A DNA stretch of 64,000 nt from Calditrichia bacterium (GCA_050633245.1 JBOEGD010000011.1:256001-320000); one strand, 5' to 3'. Positions 37,808 through 49,125 are shown, counted from the first letter of the stretch. Numbers and translations are program-made. The notes: generated by a model from the letters alone, not told the origin.

Positions 37808-39166
37808 ATGTCTAATTTAATCCAGCAAACTGGCCAGCATGGCACTTATGCCGATATGAAGGTTACCTTCAATATGAGCATGCCAATTATTATGGCTCAG
37901 CTTGCCCAAATTTCACTCGGTTTTATCGATACCGTTATGGCCGGCAACCTTAGCTCTCTCGATCTCGCCTCTGTTGCAATTGGGCGAACTGTCTATATCC
38001 CGGTCTTTATTTTTGTTCTGGGAATTTTGCTCGCTGTAACTCCGATTGTTGCTCAAAATCTTGGGGCTGGTAAGCGAGAAGGGCTCGAAAAGTCTTTCTG
38101 GCAGGGGATTTGGGTTGGATTAATGCTTGTTATTCCCAGTATTCTGTTAGTTCGAAATATGGACTGGCTACTTCATATAATGGATGTAAAGCCTGAAATT
38201 ATACCCATCAGCATGGCTTACTTAAAAGCTGTAGCCTGGTCTTTGCCGGCCGCCTTTTTTTACCTTGTGTATCGTTTCTTTAATGATGGAATAGGCATTT
38301 CTCGGCCACACATGTATCTGGCATTTGCCGCAATACCACTCAACATTATTCTCAATTACATATTTATGTATGATGGGTTCGGCATTGACGGAATGGGTGC
38401 CGAAGGAGCCGGTTGGGCAACGACATTGGTCTGGTATTTTATGCTGATCTCGATGGTTATTCTCTCACGAACCCTCAGTTCTTTGCGTGACCATTTTTCC
38501 TTTCGGGATATTTCTGCGCCAGACTGGCCGCAAATTCGTGAGATCTTTTATATTGGCGGTCCAAATGGTCTTGGTTTGGGGATGGAAATAAGTATGTTCG
38601 CCGCAGCTGCTCTGATGATTGGTTCTATGAGCGTTACTGCTCTTGCCGGTCACCAAATTGCTTTAAATGTTGCCTCAATTACGTTTATGGTGCCACTCGG
38701 CGTTTCTATTGCAACTACTGCCAGGGTTGGCTATGCAGTTGGAGAGAAGAATCCCGCGGGCGCGCGCAAGGCAGGGGAGAGTGGAATATATCTTTCGCTT
38801 CTCTTTATGTTGCTTACCGGAATAGTGATGATTGTGATGCCGGAGCCATTGATTCACCTCTATACGAAGGAACCCGAAACCATCGCGGTAGGCGCTTCCT
38901 TGCTGTTTTTCGCTGCGATCTTTCAATTGCCAGACGGACTGCAGGTGAGTGCTGCCGGAGCTCTGCGGGGTATGAAAGATACCCGCATTCCGATGCTTGT
39001 AAACTTTGTGTCGTACTGGATTGTTGGAATTCCTGCCGGTTATTGGCTTGGACTGAAAATGGGATTTGGTCCGCAAGGCCTTTGGGTTGGACTTATTCTC
39101 GGCCTGACCGTTGCGGCATTTGCGCATACGTCGCGCTTTCTGAATTTGGTTCGCAAAGTAAAGTAA
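37808..39166 (+). CDS. norM: MATE family efflux transporter (NorM-like)
   Basis: IDTVMAG, GMGAEGAGWAT, LAGHQIALN, FQLPDGLQV...GALRG.KDT; 12 TM. Confidence 0.93.
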   Translation: MSNLIQQTGQHGTYADMKVTFNMSMPIIMAQLAQISLGFIDTVMAGNLSSLDLASVAIGRTVYIPVFIFVLGILLAVTPIVAQNLGAGKREGLEKSFWQGIWVGLMLVIPSILLVRNMDWLLHIMDVKPEIIPISMAYLKAVAWSLPAAFFYLVYRFFNDGIGISRPHMYLAFAAIPLNIILNYIFMYDGFGIDGMGAEGAGWATTLVWYFMLISMVILSRTLSSLRDHFSFRDISAPDWPQIREIFYIGGPNGLGLGMEISMFAAAALMIGSMSVTALAGHQIALNVASITFMVPLGVSIATTARVGYAVGEKNPAGARKAGESGIYLSLLFMLLTGIVMIVMPEPLIHLYTKEPETIAVGASLLFFAAIFQLPDGLQVSAAGALRGMKDTRIPMLVNFVSYWIVGIPAGYWLGLKMGFGPQGLWVGLILGLTVAAFAHTSRFLNLVRKVK

Positions 39167-39230
39167 CGTTGTTAATCGTCCAATTACGGGGCTTACATGC
39201 CGTAACGATGTTTAAAATACCATAAGTCGA

Positions 39231-39259
39231 TTGACAACTACTCCCAGAAACAATATCTT
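39231..39259 (+). promoter_or_regulatory. Putative sigma70 promoter
   Basis: TTGACA-17 nt-TATCTT. Confidence 0.65.
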
Positions 39260-39301
39260 CAACCCTTAACCGCCCTGCAACACAACTAATCCGGGATATC
39301 T

Positions 39302-40243
39302 ATGGATCTTTTAACTCCACTTGCTGTTTTTGCCGTTAGCCTTGCGGTCTTAATTAAAGCGTCTGACTACTTTACCGCCGCGGCTGAAGAAATTGGAATA
39401 ATTTGTGGGATGTCCCCGTTTGCTGTTGGCGTTATTATTGTTTCAGTAGGAACATCGCTACCGGAGCTTATCTCTTCACTGGTCGCAGTTGCATCAAATT
39501 CCCCGGAGATTGTGGCCGGTAACGTTATTGGCTCCAATGTTGCCAATATCTTTCTCATCCTTGGTATAGGAGCGATAATTGGTAAAGAATTAACCATTAA
39601 ACATGATCTTATACGGGTAGACCTGCCGCTACTTCTCGCCTCGGCGTTTTTTCTGGCACTAACGTGCTGGGATGGAATGTTCTCTCGCGGCGAGGCCGTA
39701 ATGTTCCTGCTGGCACTCATTATCTTTCTGGCTTATCTGCTGAAAGACGGAAAGGGCGATATTCAGGGTGTTAATGAAAAGGCAGAGAAGGCAAGCTTTA
39801 CAATAAAGCCGTTTGCGATTATTGTTGTCAGCGCTCTTTTTGTTTTCCTTGGTGCCACTTATACCATTGAATCAGTGATAAAAATATCGGAACTGCTGAA
39901 TGTTGGAAAAGAAGTTGTTGCTGTCAGCGCTGTAGCTTTTGGTACTTCGCTGCCTGAGTTGATGGTAACGATTAGTGCGGTGAAAAAGAAGAATAGTGAA
40001 ATGATCGTAGGGAATGTGCTCGGTTCAAACATATTCAACACCTTTGCTGTTATGGGCTTTCCGGGATTATTCTCTGGGCTTGCTGTTCCAGATAATATGG
40101 TAAGCACCGGAATTACTACCATGCTGATTGCGTCTGTTCTGTTTTTTGGTGTAACCCAAGACAAGCACGTTACCCGTTGGGAAGGCTTTATGTTCGTTCT
40201 GATGTATTCTTATTTTATTGGAAAAATATTCAACCTGTTTTAG
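39302..40243 (+). CDS. Ca2+/Na+ antiporter (YrbG family)
   Basis: Two GTSLPEL alpha-repeats, GNV.GSN. Confidence 0.93.
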   Translation: MDLLTPLAVFAVSLAVLIKASDYFTAAAEEIGIICGMSPFAVGVIIVSVGTSLPELISSLVAVASNSPEIVAGNVIGSNVANIFLILGIGAIIGKELTIKHDLIRVDLPLLLASAFFLALTCWDGMFSRGEAVMFLLALIIFLAYLLKDGKGDIQGVNEKAEKASFTIKPFAIIVVSALFVFLGATYTIESVIKISELLNVGKEVVAVSAVAFGTSLPELMVTISAVKKKNSEMIVGNVLGSNIFNTFAVMGFPGLFSGLAVPDNMVSTGITTMLIASVLFFGVTQDKHVTRWEGFMFVLMYSYFIGKIFNLF

Positions 40244-40255
40244 AGAAAGTAAATT

Positions 40256-40921
40256 ATGCCGACCATTGAATTTAAGTCTGGTTCACGACAAGATGTGGGC
40301 ACCGTGTATTGTATCGGACGCAATTATGCTGCACATGCTAAAGAGCTCAATAATCCGTTACCTTCCGAGCCGATGGTTTTTCTAAAGCCGGCCTCGTCTC
40401 TGGTTGAAGAGGGCGCTGAGCTTGAGTTGCCACCGCAAAGCAACGATGTGCACCATGAGGTAGAAATCGTTGTTGTGTTGAACAAAGGTGGACGTAATTT
40501 ATCACTTGCCGAAGCAAAAAATACAATCTCAGGCTATGCGGTGGGAATAGATGTAACGGCTCGGGACCTACAGCAAAAAGCAAAAGCTAAGGGGCATCCA
40601 TGGAGTGTTGCTAAAGGCTTTGCAACATTTGGCCCACTAAGTCGATTTGTTGAGGTAGCTGAGATTGAAGACCGGGATGCCATTGATGTTGAGCTTAAAA
40701 TAAATGATGAAATTCGCCAGAAGGGCAATAGCCGTGACATGGTTTTTACCATTCCAGCGTTGATTAAACATCTGTCGAGTATTTTTGATCTGCAGCCGGG
40801 GGACCTCGTTTTTACCGGAACGCCTGAAGGTGTCGGCCCAATTTTAAATGGTGATGTATTGAGTGCTTCTCTTGGGAATAATCTTGTTGAGCTGAAAATA
40901 AGCGCAAAAAAAATGAAGTGA
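40256..40921 (+). CDS. Fumarylacetoacetate hydrolase family protein
   Basis: CIGRNYAAHAKE, VHHEVE, DVTARDLQ, TGTPEGVG. Confidence 0.93.
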   Translation: MPTIEFKSGSRQDVGTVYCIGRNYAAHAKELNNPLPSEPMVFLKPASSLVEEGAELELPPQSNDVHHEVEIVVVLNKGGRNLSLAEAKNTISGYAVGIDVTARDLQQKAKAKGHPWSVAKGFATFGPLSRFVEVAEIEDRDAIDVELKINDEIRQKGNSRDMVFTIPALIKHLSSIFDLQPGDLVFTGTPEGVGPILNGDVLSASLGNNLVELKISAKKMK

Positions 40922-40953
40922 TGCCATGGAATGGTATAGGATAGGGAGGTAGT

Positions 40954-41586
40954 ATGAAAATCGTTTGTTATCTGATAGTCTGTTTGTTGGGATTGTTTAG
41001 CATGGTAAATGCCCAGGAAAACGAAATGTATGAGCTGACTATTGGTGGAAATAAATTTGATGTGGAGCTAGGAAAAAGTTACACTTTTAATTTGCCCTCA
41101 GGCGAATCGATTCAGGTCTCTGTGCAGCAAAAGGCTGTCACGGCATACAGCGATGACTTTTTGTCTTTTCAGCATCCGCCGGAAAGCATCCCCTCACATA
41201 GTAACGTTCACAATGATTTGGCGCACGTCCAGTTGGTTACTCAGCTTGGCACCTACTACCTGATTCAAGAGCACAGCGCATTTAACGAACTCGATACCGA
41301 GCGGCTTATTCAAATTATTCTCAAAAAGATAAACGCCAAAGAAATTGGAAAAGGCTATACCATTCAACAGATTCCCTTTACAAGAGCCATTTCGGACAGC
41401 GTAACCTTTGAGGGCGTTTTTGCCACAGTTTCAACGCCGAACGACCCGGGATATGAGTGCGTGGTTGCAACCTATGGTTCCGGCACTGAAGGCATTGTCG
41501 TTGTGACCCGCATTCAAAAGGCGTTTTCGAAGACGGATCAGCCGATCTTGGATATGCTCTGGAACACACTAAGAGTAAAGAAATAG
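40954..41586 (+). CDS. Secreted hypothetical protein
   Basis: SD GGGAGG; signal peptide ending VNA-Q. Confidence 0.7.
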   Translation: MKIVCYLIVCLLGLFSMVNAQENEMYELTIGGNKFDVELGKSYTFNLPSGESIQVSVQQKAVTAYSDDFLSFQHPPESIPSHSNVHNDLAHVQLVTQLGTYYLIQEHSAFNELDTERLIQIILKKINAKEIGKGYTIQQIPFTRAISDSVTFEGVFATVSTPNDPGYECVVATYGSGTEGIVVVTRIQKAFSKTDQPILDMLWNTLRVKK

Positions 41587-41601
41587 GCGGAGCAGGACGA
41601 C

Positions 41602-42387
41602 ATGGATAGCCAACTCATTCGAGCTTGCCTGGCACATGATGAAATTCTTGTGCATACCTTTGACACACTAAACTCTACAAACACCTGTCTTTTGGAGATG
41701 GCTGCAGAAAACGCTGCAGAGTGGAGTGTGGTTACTGCCGATCAGCAGACGGCAGGGCGGGGACGATATCAGCGAAACTGGCACAGTGCCAGCGGTAAAG
41801 GCCTTTATTTTTCACTCTTGCTCAAGCCGGATATTCCGGTGCGATTCTTCAATTTAATAAATTTGTTCGTTGCCTTGCAGCTGGCAGACTTTTTGGAAGA
41901 TCAGTTCCGCGAGCGAGGAGTTCGGCAATCGTTGCAGTTGAAATGGCCAAATGATTTGTTTCTTAACGGTAAGAAGCTGTGCGGAATTCTTTTAGAAGGT
42001 AGTCTGTCCGGCGGTCAGAACAATACGCTGGTGGTAGGTGTTGGTATAAATGTAAACCATGAGGCCGCCGACTGGCCTGATGAAATAAATGATATTGCGA
42101 TCTCTCTGAGGCAGGCGTCTGAGGGTACCTGGAGCAGAGAATACCTTTTAGCAGGCTTTCTTAATTTATTTTATAAAAATTTTAATGCACAGTTTCCGCA
42201 CAAAATGGGCGAAATTGTTCATCTATATTGGCAGAAAGTAATGAACAGTCGAAAAATGGTGCGCCTCACAATCGCCGGCGAGCTGCAGGAAGGGCTATTT
42301 GCGGGCCTTACCCCGGAAGGCTTTATGCGTCTTGAAAAAGACGGTGTAGAGCAGATCATAGCTACCGGGGAGCTTCTTGCAGGTTAA
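41602..42387 (+). CDS. birA: Biotin-[acetyl-CoA-carboxylase] ligase (no HTH)
   Basis: STN, QTAGRGRYQRNW, LKWPNDL...KKLCGIL.E, GVGINV. Confidence 0.95.
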   Translation: MDSQLIRACLAHDEILVHTFDTLNSTNTCLLEMAAENAAEWSVVTADQQTAGRGRYQRNWHSASGKGLYFSLLLKPDIPVRFFNLINLFVALQLADFLEDQFRERGVRQSLQLKWPNDLFLNGKKLCGILLEGSLSGGQNNTLVVGVGINVNHEAADWPDEINDIAISLRQASEGTWSREYLLAGFLNLFYKNFNAQFPHKMGEIVHLYWQKVMNSRKMVRLTIAGELQEGLFAGLTPEGFMRLEKDGVEQIIATGELLAG

Positions 42388-42456
42388 AACGTTGTTTTTG
42401 TTGAGAAAAATCAGGCTTTCCAAAGCTCTTACAGTTCAATCCGGAGTTCTAAGTAA

Positions 42457-43236
42457 ATGATCCTTGCTGTTGACGTGGGCAATACACATATCGAGATTGG
42501 TGTGTTTGAAGATGATACCTATCTCACAAGCTGGAGAATCGCTACTGCTGTTCATCGAACTGAAGATGAGCTGATGGCATTTATTCAGCAATTCTTACAG
42601 ACCATCGATCGCAATGTAAAAGATATAGCCGATGTTGCCATATCCTCCGTGGTGCCTACAATAACGCAAATATTCAGCAAGCTGACGGATAAATACTTCG
42701 ACATAGAGCCGCTTATAGTTGGACACGATCTTGATTTGGGGATAGAGGTGGATTACGAGCCAAAGTATTCTGTTGGGGCCGATCGTTTGTGCAATGCTGT
42801 CGCGGCAAGAGAAAAATATGGCTATCCGGCAATTGTTGTGGACTTTGGAACGGCTACTACGCTCGATGTGCTTGGCGTAAATGGTGAGTATCGTGGCGGT
42901 ATTATTACCCCTGGTTTGGAAATATCAGCTTGGGGTCTGTATGAAAGAGCAACCAAGTTGCCTAAGATTCCACTTGAATTTCCCGAGCATGCCATAGGGA
43001 GCAATACAGAGGCCAGCATCCAGTCTGGGATTATGTTCGGTACTGTGAAAATGATCGATGGCCTCATCGAAATGGCCATCTCTGAACTTGGCGGAAGACC
43101 AACGGTAATTGCGACCGGGGGAATAAGTGGATTGTTAGCCCCCAAAAGTATTCATATTCAGCATGTTGAGCCAAGCCTTGTTCTGGATGGTCTCATGCTG
43201 ATTTATAAGCGAAACAGAAGCAGCTCACAGAAGTAA
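42457..43236 (+). CDS. coaX: Type III pantothenate kinase
   Basis: VDVGNT, VGADR, VDFGTATT, GG.I.PG, IATGG. Confidence 0.95.
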   Translation: MILAVDVGNTHIEIGVFEDDTYLTSWRIATAVHRTEDELMAFIQQFLQTIDRNVKDIADVAISSVVPTITQIFSKLTDKYFDIEPLIVGHDLDLGIEVDYEPKYSVGADRLCNAVAAREKYGYPAIVVDFGTATTLDVLGVNGEYRGGIITPGLEISAWGLYERATKLPKIPLEFPEHAIGSNTEASIQSGIMFGTVKMIDGLIEMAISELGGRPTVIATGGISGLLAPKSIHIQHVEPSLVLDGLMLIYKRNRSSSQK

Positions 43237-43253
43237 AAGGTAATAGACTAATA

Positions 43254-46200
43254 GTGTTTCAACTTGTCATTCAAACAACCGATCAAAAGCTTACCCAGCT
43301 TTTAGAGCAGCAACTGATTCTGGATAATGTGGAAATCTTTAAGGTTTCGACATTGCTGGATGCAGAGCAGCTCTTTGCGCGGATCAAGGCCGATCTGTTT
43401 GTTCTAACCGTTGAAGCTGAAGTAAACAGTATGCGCGGTGCAATTCATACCGTCAACACTATTTGTGAAGGTGATAATTCCTCGGTTGTCTTGCTGCTTG
43501 GTGAACAGGTTGATGTTAATGAACTTCGTCTGTCGATCAAAAATGATCGCGTTAGCTATCAGGATGCAAATTCAGACATAGACTTGCTTTCGGCAAATAT
43601 TGCATCCATTATTTCCATCGAAAGACGATTAAAGCGCAGTCATCACCAAGAGCGATTTGAAGAGTTTCTCGAAACGTTTCAGCAGGCTATCCGCAATGAA
43701 GGGGATTCCTCAAAGCTGTTCAGCCTTTTTGTAAATGTGATACCCAAACTCCTCTCCGTAAAGTATGTGACGCTAGCGGCTCTGGATAGCAAGCTATCCA
43801 ATTTGCACTACCATGCTCAGTTTCAGCCGCCAATGCAACCTCTTTCTGCAGCCACGCAAAGCCACATCACGGCCATTTTGCAAAAGTGTATTAAGGTGGG
43901 GGAGGCGCAGCTGTTGACGCCGCGAAATCGTCCGGAGCTTTTTCAGCAGATACGTGGTGAAGGCTGGAAAGTAGATCGCCTTAAGTTTCTTCCCATGCTC
44001 CACAATGAAATCTCAATTGGCGGCTTGCTGATGGCTGCCAAAGATATTGATAATCGTTTAGCCGACTCAGAACAGTTGCTTAATCGTGCACTTTCTATGC
44101 TTTCCAAACGACTGACCACTGAACATCTAGAGATAACGAGAGATGATGATGATCGTTCATTTTCCGATAAACTCATCTCCAACCATTTAGATCAATCGTC
44201 TATTCTACAGCATGCGTCTAAGGAGCTTGCCCGGGTTACGCGTGCCTCCAGCGCGATATTCTGGCAGTACAACAAGGGATTCGGCTTTCTTTTTCCCAAG
44301 CACTCATACTTTTCAACTTCTCATTCCAAAGTAGAGGGGTTGGAAAAAAATCTGATCTTTCTGGCCAAAGAAAAGTATTTGGCGGAACTGATAAACAAAG
44401 GACTCTTCAAACGGATTGAGTCTATCGGTGAAGATGATCGGCTTGCTGAATCGACGCAAAGCACGTTCCAAAAAGTGAATTATAAGAATGCCCTGCTGAT
44501 GCCCGTTCGCCTGCAGAATGAAATCTCCGGTTTGTTCATCGTCAACAAAACCAGCGAGAGCGACCCAATAAGCCTGTGGGAAGTTTATAAGGCTGAAGAG
44601 GTGCTAAAGCGAACCCAAACAGTGCTGGAAGATTCAAATACTGTCAAAGAGGCGAACTTCAAGCTGAAGCAGCTTGCGCGCATTTTTGAGTTGGGCAGTG
44701 AGATAAAGCTGGATGTCTCGTTAAAAGAGATCCTCAGGCGTATTATTAACAGCGTGCGTAAAACTCTCGGCTGGAATGACATCGCCATTCTTCTGGAAGA
44801 TGAGCTGGGCGAAAATCTCTCGTTGGACATTTCACTGGGGTTTGATAATCCGGCAAAATACAACAATTTGCCGCTAAGCAAGCCTATGCCTGTGAAGTCG
44901 TTTATGGGCTTCCTGAAGCAGTGTGAACAAATCAGCAGTTCGTATTTCTACGATGCCCGCAGCAAGTTGACACAGCCGAATGACAAAACCGGGCCGCTGA
45001 ATCTTACCGAGTGGGATTCTTCTGATCTGCTTGTCATACCACTGGAAACGCGAAATGAAATATTGGGCTACCTCGCTGTTGGCGATCCGGTCGATCGCCT
45101 CAAGCCAACTCCCGAGAAGGTTGTTCCGCTGGAATACTATGCCAACCAGGCGTCCGTTGCAGTTGAAAACACGAATCTCTATGAGCGTCTGAAAGCCAGT
45201 CAGGAGCGCTATCGATCTCTGGCTGAAACAATGAGCATGGGGCTTCTTACTTGTAACAAGCATCAACAGATTGCTTACGTGAATCCTGCGTTTTGCAAAC
45301 TGCTCGGGCGGGATATGCAAGACTTGATAGGATTACAGCTAAAGGAATTCTTCTCTCTGACATCTCATGAAGGATTAGATGAGGTGATCGATAAGCTGCT
45401 TGATCAGGAAAGCGATGAGCTTACCAAAATAGAAAACCTTGAATTCGATCTGAAGAGTAAAAGCGGTGAGGTTGTACCGGTCTCATTGTTTGGGTTCCCG
45501 CTCTTTGAACAGCGCGTAAAAACCGGTTTTTTTCTAATCCTTAACGACTTGCGCGTCATTAAACGCCTGGAGCGAATGAAGTCGGACTTCAATTCCATGA
45601 TCGTGCACGATCTGCGCTCTCCCATGAACGTCATTCAGGGTTTTCTTGAGCTAATACGCAATAAAGTTGTAGGTGATGTGAATGAGGAGCAGGAAGAACT
45701 TCTGGATATCTCCAAAGAGAATGTCAAAAAAGTGCTTACTCTGGTAGACAACTTTCTTGTGGCTTCCAAGCTGGAGGTTGGCAAGTTTCGCATCGACAAA
45801 AAACTGGATGAAATTAATAATCTGGTTCGTCAGCAGGTTGAGAATCACAAAGTGCTGGTTAAGAATAAACAGATAGACATGCAGCTGAATCTTGATGAAA
45901 ACCTTCCGTTACTGCAGTTTGATAGTCTTCGCATCGAGCAGGTTGTAAATAACTTGTTGAGCAATGCCATGAAATTTACGCCGGAGCGTGGTAAGATCTT
46001 TGTCGCCTCGGCGCTTGAAAAATCTCAGGAAAATGGCAGCCTGAAGTACTTTGCCAAAATATCGGTTCAGGATACCGGTATTGGAATTCCTGTGGCAAAG
46101 ATCGCTCATATTTTTGAGAAATATGAACAGGTTGAGGAAGGGCAAAGCTTTAATGTCCGTGGTACCGGCTTGGGGCTCTCTATCTGTAAAGAAATCGTCG

Positions 46201-46310
46201 ATCTTCACAACGGCCGCATTTGGGTGGAGAGTCCAACTGATGCCGGAAGTACCTTCTCATTTCTCCTGCCAATTGATTCTCCTGCAGAAACTGACCTGTC
46301 ACTTTCATAA
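43254..46310 (+). CDS. Cytoplasmic GAF/PAS sensor histidine kinase
   Basis: GAF-like repeats, PAS (YVNPAFCKLLG), VHDLRSP, NLLSNAMKFT, DTGIGI, GTGLGL; no TM. Confidence 0.92.
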   Translation: MFQLVIQTTDQKLTQLLEQQLILDNVEIFKVSTLLDAEQLFARIKADLFVLTVEAEVNSMRGAIHTVNTICEGDNSSVVLLLGEQVDVNELRLSIKNDRVSYQDANSDIDLLSANIASIISIERRLKRSHHQERFEEFLETFQQAIRNEGDSSKLFSLFVNVIPKLLSVKYVTLAALDSKLSNLHYHAQFQPPMQPLSAATQSHITAILQKCIKVGEAQLLTPRNRPELFQQIRGEGWKVDRLKFLPMLHNEISIGGLLMAAKDIDNRLADSEQLLNRALSMLSKRLTTEHLEITRDDDDRSFSDKLISNHLDQSSILQHASKELARVTRASSAIFWQYNKGFGFLFPKHSYFSTSHSKVEGLEKNLIFLAKEKYLAELINKGLFKRIESIGEDDRLAESTQSTFQKVNYKNALLMPVRLQNEISGLFIVNKTSESDPISLWEVYKAEEVLKRTQTVLEDSNTVKEANFKLKQLARIFELGSEIKLDVSLKEILRRIINSVRKTLGWNDIAILLEDELGENLSLDISLGFDNPAKYNNLPLSKPMPVKSFMGFLKQCEQISSSYFYDARSKLTQPNDKTGPLNLTEWDSSDLLVIPLETRNEILGYLAVGDPVDRLKPTPEKVVPLEYYANQASVAVENTNLYERLKASQERYRSLAETMSMGLLTCNKHQQIAYVNPAFCKLLGRDMQDLIGLQLKEFFSLTSHEGLDEVIDKLLDQESDELTKIENLEFDLKSKSGEVVPVSLFGFPLFEQRVKTGFFLILNDLRVIKRLERMKSDFNSMIVHDLRSPMNVIQGFLELIRNKVVGDVNEEQEELLDISKENVKKVLTLVDNFLVASKLEVGKFRIDKKLDEINNLVRQQVENHKVLVKNKQIDMQLNLDENLPLLQFDSLRIEQVVNNLLSNAMKFTPERGKIFVASALEKSQENGSLKYFAKISVQDTGIGIPVAKIAHIFEKYEQVEEGQSFNVRGTGLGLSICKEIVDLHNGRIWVESPTDAGSTFSFLLPIDSPAETDLSLS

Positions 46311-46410
46311 ACTTTCTTTGGCGTTTTGACATTATCCTGCGTTTTGTTATGTTTGTCTCGCCCATCACTCTAATCAGTGACTTTACTTGAACAAAAACAG
46401 GCTATAAGGC

Positions 46411-49041
46411 ATGTCTGCAAAATCTGGTGCTAAATCGTCTAAAACGACTCCGATGATGGAGCAGTATCTCGAGATAAAGTCTCGATATCAGGATATGCTG
46501 CTTCTTTATCGCATGGGGGATTTTTACGAAACGTTTTATGAAGACGCCAAAACGGTTTCGCGGGTTGTTGGCATTGCCCTCACCAAACGAGCTCACGGTA
46601 AATCTGCTGACGTGCCGCTGGCCGGTTTCCCTTATCATGCGCTGGATAACTATTTGCCGAAGTTGGTAGACGCCGGTTATCGGGTTGCTATTTGTGAGCA
46701 GGTGGAAGATCCGAAGAAGGCAAAAACTGTTGTAAAGCGCGACGTCGTTGAAGTCGTTACCCCCGGCACGGCACTCTCCGATAAAATACTGGATCGAAAT
46801 AGCAACAATTACCTGGCAGCAGTTACTGTAAGTGGCCAAGTTGCCGGAATTAGCTATGGAGATTTTTCAACCGGCGAGTTCTTTCTCTGCGAATTGGGCA
46901 TCGAGAATCTTGTCAACTATTTACTTGAAATAAACCCACGCGAACTGCTCGTTTCCAGGCGTCAATACGATGAAATCATCCCCTCGTTGGAACGCCGACT
47001 CCCGGCAATCGTTACTCGGATTGACGATTGGATTTTCTCGCATAAATTTGCCTATGAAACGCTTACACGCCATTTTGCGACATCGACCCTAAAGGGTTTT
47101 GGTGCAGAGGGTTACGAGTTAGGAACAACCTCTGCCGGTGCTATTCTGCATTATGCAGGAGAAAATGTTCAGGATCAGCTTCAGCATGTGCGTAAGCTGT
47201 CGGTTATCAGTCCGGATGAGTTCATGATCCTCGATCAATCTACCCGGCGGAATCTTGAAATAACAAGTGCTATTTCGGCGGAGACCAATGAAGGCACGCT
47301 GTTGGCCGTTATTGACCATACGATGACGCCGATGGGTGGTCGCCTTTTGCGGCAGCTGATAACACATCCACTGGTGCGCATGGCTGCAATTATTGAACGC
47401 CTCGAAAAAGTCGATGCGTTTTATCAGGATGCCGATTTATTACAATCTGCTCGCGAGCACCTGCGCAACATCGGAGATCTCGAGCGGCTTTATGGTCGAA
47501 TTACGACCGGGCGTGCCAGTCCGCGAGACTTGATTACGCTGCGCAATGCTCTCACGCATATAGAACCGCTTAAGAAAACGCTTGGCGACTCGACTGCTGA
47601 GGCGATTGCTGCCTATGTAGATGGATTGGCGGATACCGGACAGGTGATTGAAGAGATTTCCAGAGCTATGGTCGATGAGCCTCCACAGACTATAACAGAT
47701 GGCGGAATTATTCGCGAAGGATATAATGCCGAACTGGATGAGCTGCGCTCGATAAGCCGGGAGGGAAAATCCTGGATGGTCGATTTGCAAACGCGCGAAA
47801 AAGAAAGCAGTGGTATTCCATCGCTGAAAATCGGCTTTAACAAGGTTTTTGGGTATTACTTTGAAGTGACTCGGGCGCATCAGGATAAAGTGCCTGAACA
47901 TTTTATCAGAAAGCAGACTCTGGTGAATGCCGAGCGCTACATTACTCCGGATTTGAAGGAATTTGAAGAAAAGGTGCTTGGCGCAGAAGAGCGTATGTCT
48001 GAGCTGGAACACCGCTTGTTTCAGGAATTGCGCGAGCAGGTGGCGGGTTATGGAGAAACAATTCAACACAATGCACGTCTGATTGCAGAGATTGATGCAC
48101 TATCCGGAATGGCAAACGTCGCAAAAGAAAACAACTACGTAAAGCCCGAGGTAAACGACTCGGATGTGATTGACATCGTAGGTGGACGGCATCCGGTGGT
48201 AGAGCATCTACTTGGTCATGATAAGCCGTTTATTGATAACGACACTGCACTCCAGACGTCCGATACACAAATCATGTTGATTACCGGGCCGAACATGTCT
48301 GGAAAGTCTACGTATCTACGGCAGGTGGGGTTAATCACGCTTATGGCTCAGATTGGCTCGTTTGTCCCGGCAACAAAAGCTTCAATCGGCATCGTCGATC
48401 GCATTTTTACACGGGTAGGGGCCTCGGACAATCTTGCCTTCGGAGAAAGTACTTTCATGGTTGAGATGCTGGAATCGGCGAACATTCTCAATAACGCCAC
48501 CGCGCATAGTCTGATTCTACTCGACGAGATTGGGCGCGGAACCAGCACCTACGATGGACTGTCTATTGCATGGGCCTTAACCGAATATCTTCATCACAAC
48601 AAGAAGGTTGCTGCTCGAACTCTTTTCGCAACGCATTACCACGAGTTAACAGAGTTGGCGATGCTCTATCCACGCATAAAAAACTTCCGGGTTGCCGTTC
48701 AGGAGTATGAAGACCATGTTGTTTTTTTGCATAAGATAGAAGCGGGTGGCATGGATAACTCATACGGTATTTACGTCGCCCAAATGGCCGGACTGCCAAT
48801 CGACGTCGTTCGCAGGGCGCGAGAGGTCTTGCACAACCTTGAAAGCAGTGAACGCGAGAAGAATAAACCGTCTCGTATTAAAAACAGCGACAGCAGTGCA
48901 TTAGACAAGCAGCAGCTCAGTTTGTTTGCCCCCACGTCTTCTGTTGTCGAGAACGAGCTGCAGAAAATTGATTTGAACAATTTAACGCCAATTGATGCGT
49001 TGTTAAAGTTGCGAGAGCTGAAAGCACATCTGAAGAGCTAA
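46411..49041 (+). CDS. mutS: DNA mismatch repair protein MutS
   Basis: TPMMEQY, GDFYETF, TGPNMSGKST, DEIGRGTST, FATHYHELT. Confidence 0.98.
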   Translation: MSAKSGAKSSKTTPMMEQYLEIKSRYQDMLLLYRMGDFYETFYEDAKTVSRVVGIALTKRAHGKSADVPLAGFPYHALDNYLPKLVDAGYRVAICEQVEDPKKAKTVVKRDVVEVVTPGTALSDKILDRNSNNYLAAVTVSGQVAGISYGDFSTGEFFLCELGIENLVNYLLEINPRELLVSRRQYDEIIPSLERRLPAIVTRIDDWIFSHKFAYETLTRHFATSTLKGFGAEGYELGTTSAGAILHYAGENVQDQLQHVRKLSVISPDEFMILDQSTRRNLEITSAISAETNEGTLLAVIDHTMTPMGGRLLRQLITHPLVRMAAIIERLEKVDAFYQDADLLQSAREHLRNIGDLERLYGRITTGRASPRDLITLRNALTHIEPLKKTLGDSTAEAIAAYVDGLADTGQVIEEISRAMVDEPPQTITDGGIIREGYNAELDELRSISREGKSWMVDLQTREKESSGIPSLKIGFNKVFGYYFEVTRAHQDKVPEHFIRKQTLVNAERYITPDLKEFEEKVLGAEERMSELEHRLFQELREQVAGYGETIQHNARLIAEIDALSGMANVAKENNYVKPEVNDSDVIDIVGGRHPVVEHLLGHDKPFIDNDTALQTSDTQIMLITGPNMSGKSTYLRQVGLITLMAQIGSFVPATKASIGIVDRIFTRVGASDNLAFGESTFMVEMLESANILNNATAHSLILLDEIGRGTSTYDGLSIAWALTEYLHHNKKVAARTLFATHYHELTELAMLYPRIKNFRVAVQEYEDHVVFLHKIEAGGMDNSYGIYVAQMAGLPIDVVRRAREVLHNLESSEREKNKPSRIKNSDSSALDKQQLSLFAPTSSVVENELQKIDLNNLTPIDALLKLRELKAHLKS

Positions 49042-49096
49042 ATGCAACTTGTTTGTATGCAACTACTTAATTCTATAATATTTATAAAATTTAGCC

Positions 49097-49125
49097 TTGC
49101 AAAATTTAGCAGGTTCGGTTATCTT
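49097..49125 (+). promoter_or_regulatory. Putative sigma70 promoter of HU gene
   Basis: TTGCAA-17 nt-TATCTT. Confidence 0.6.
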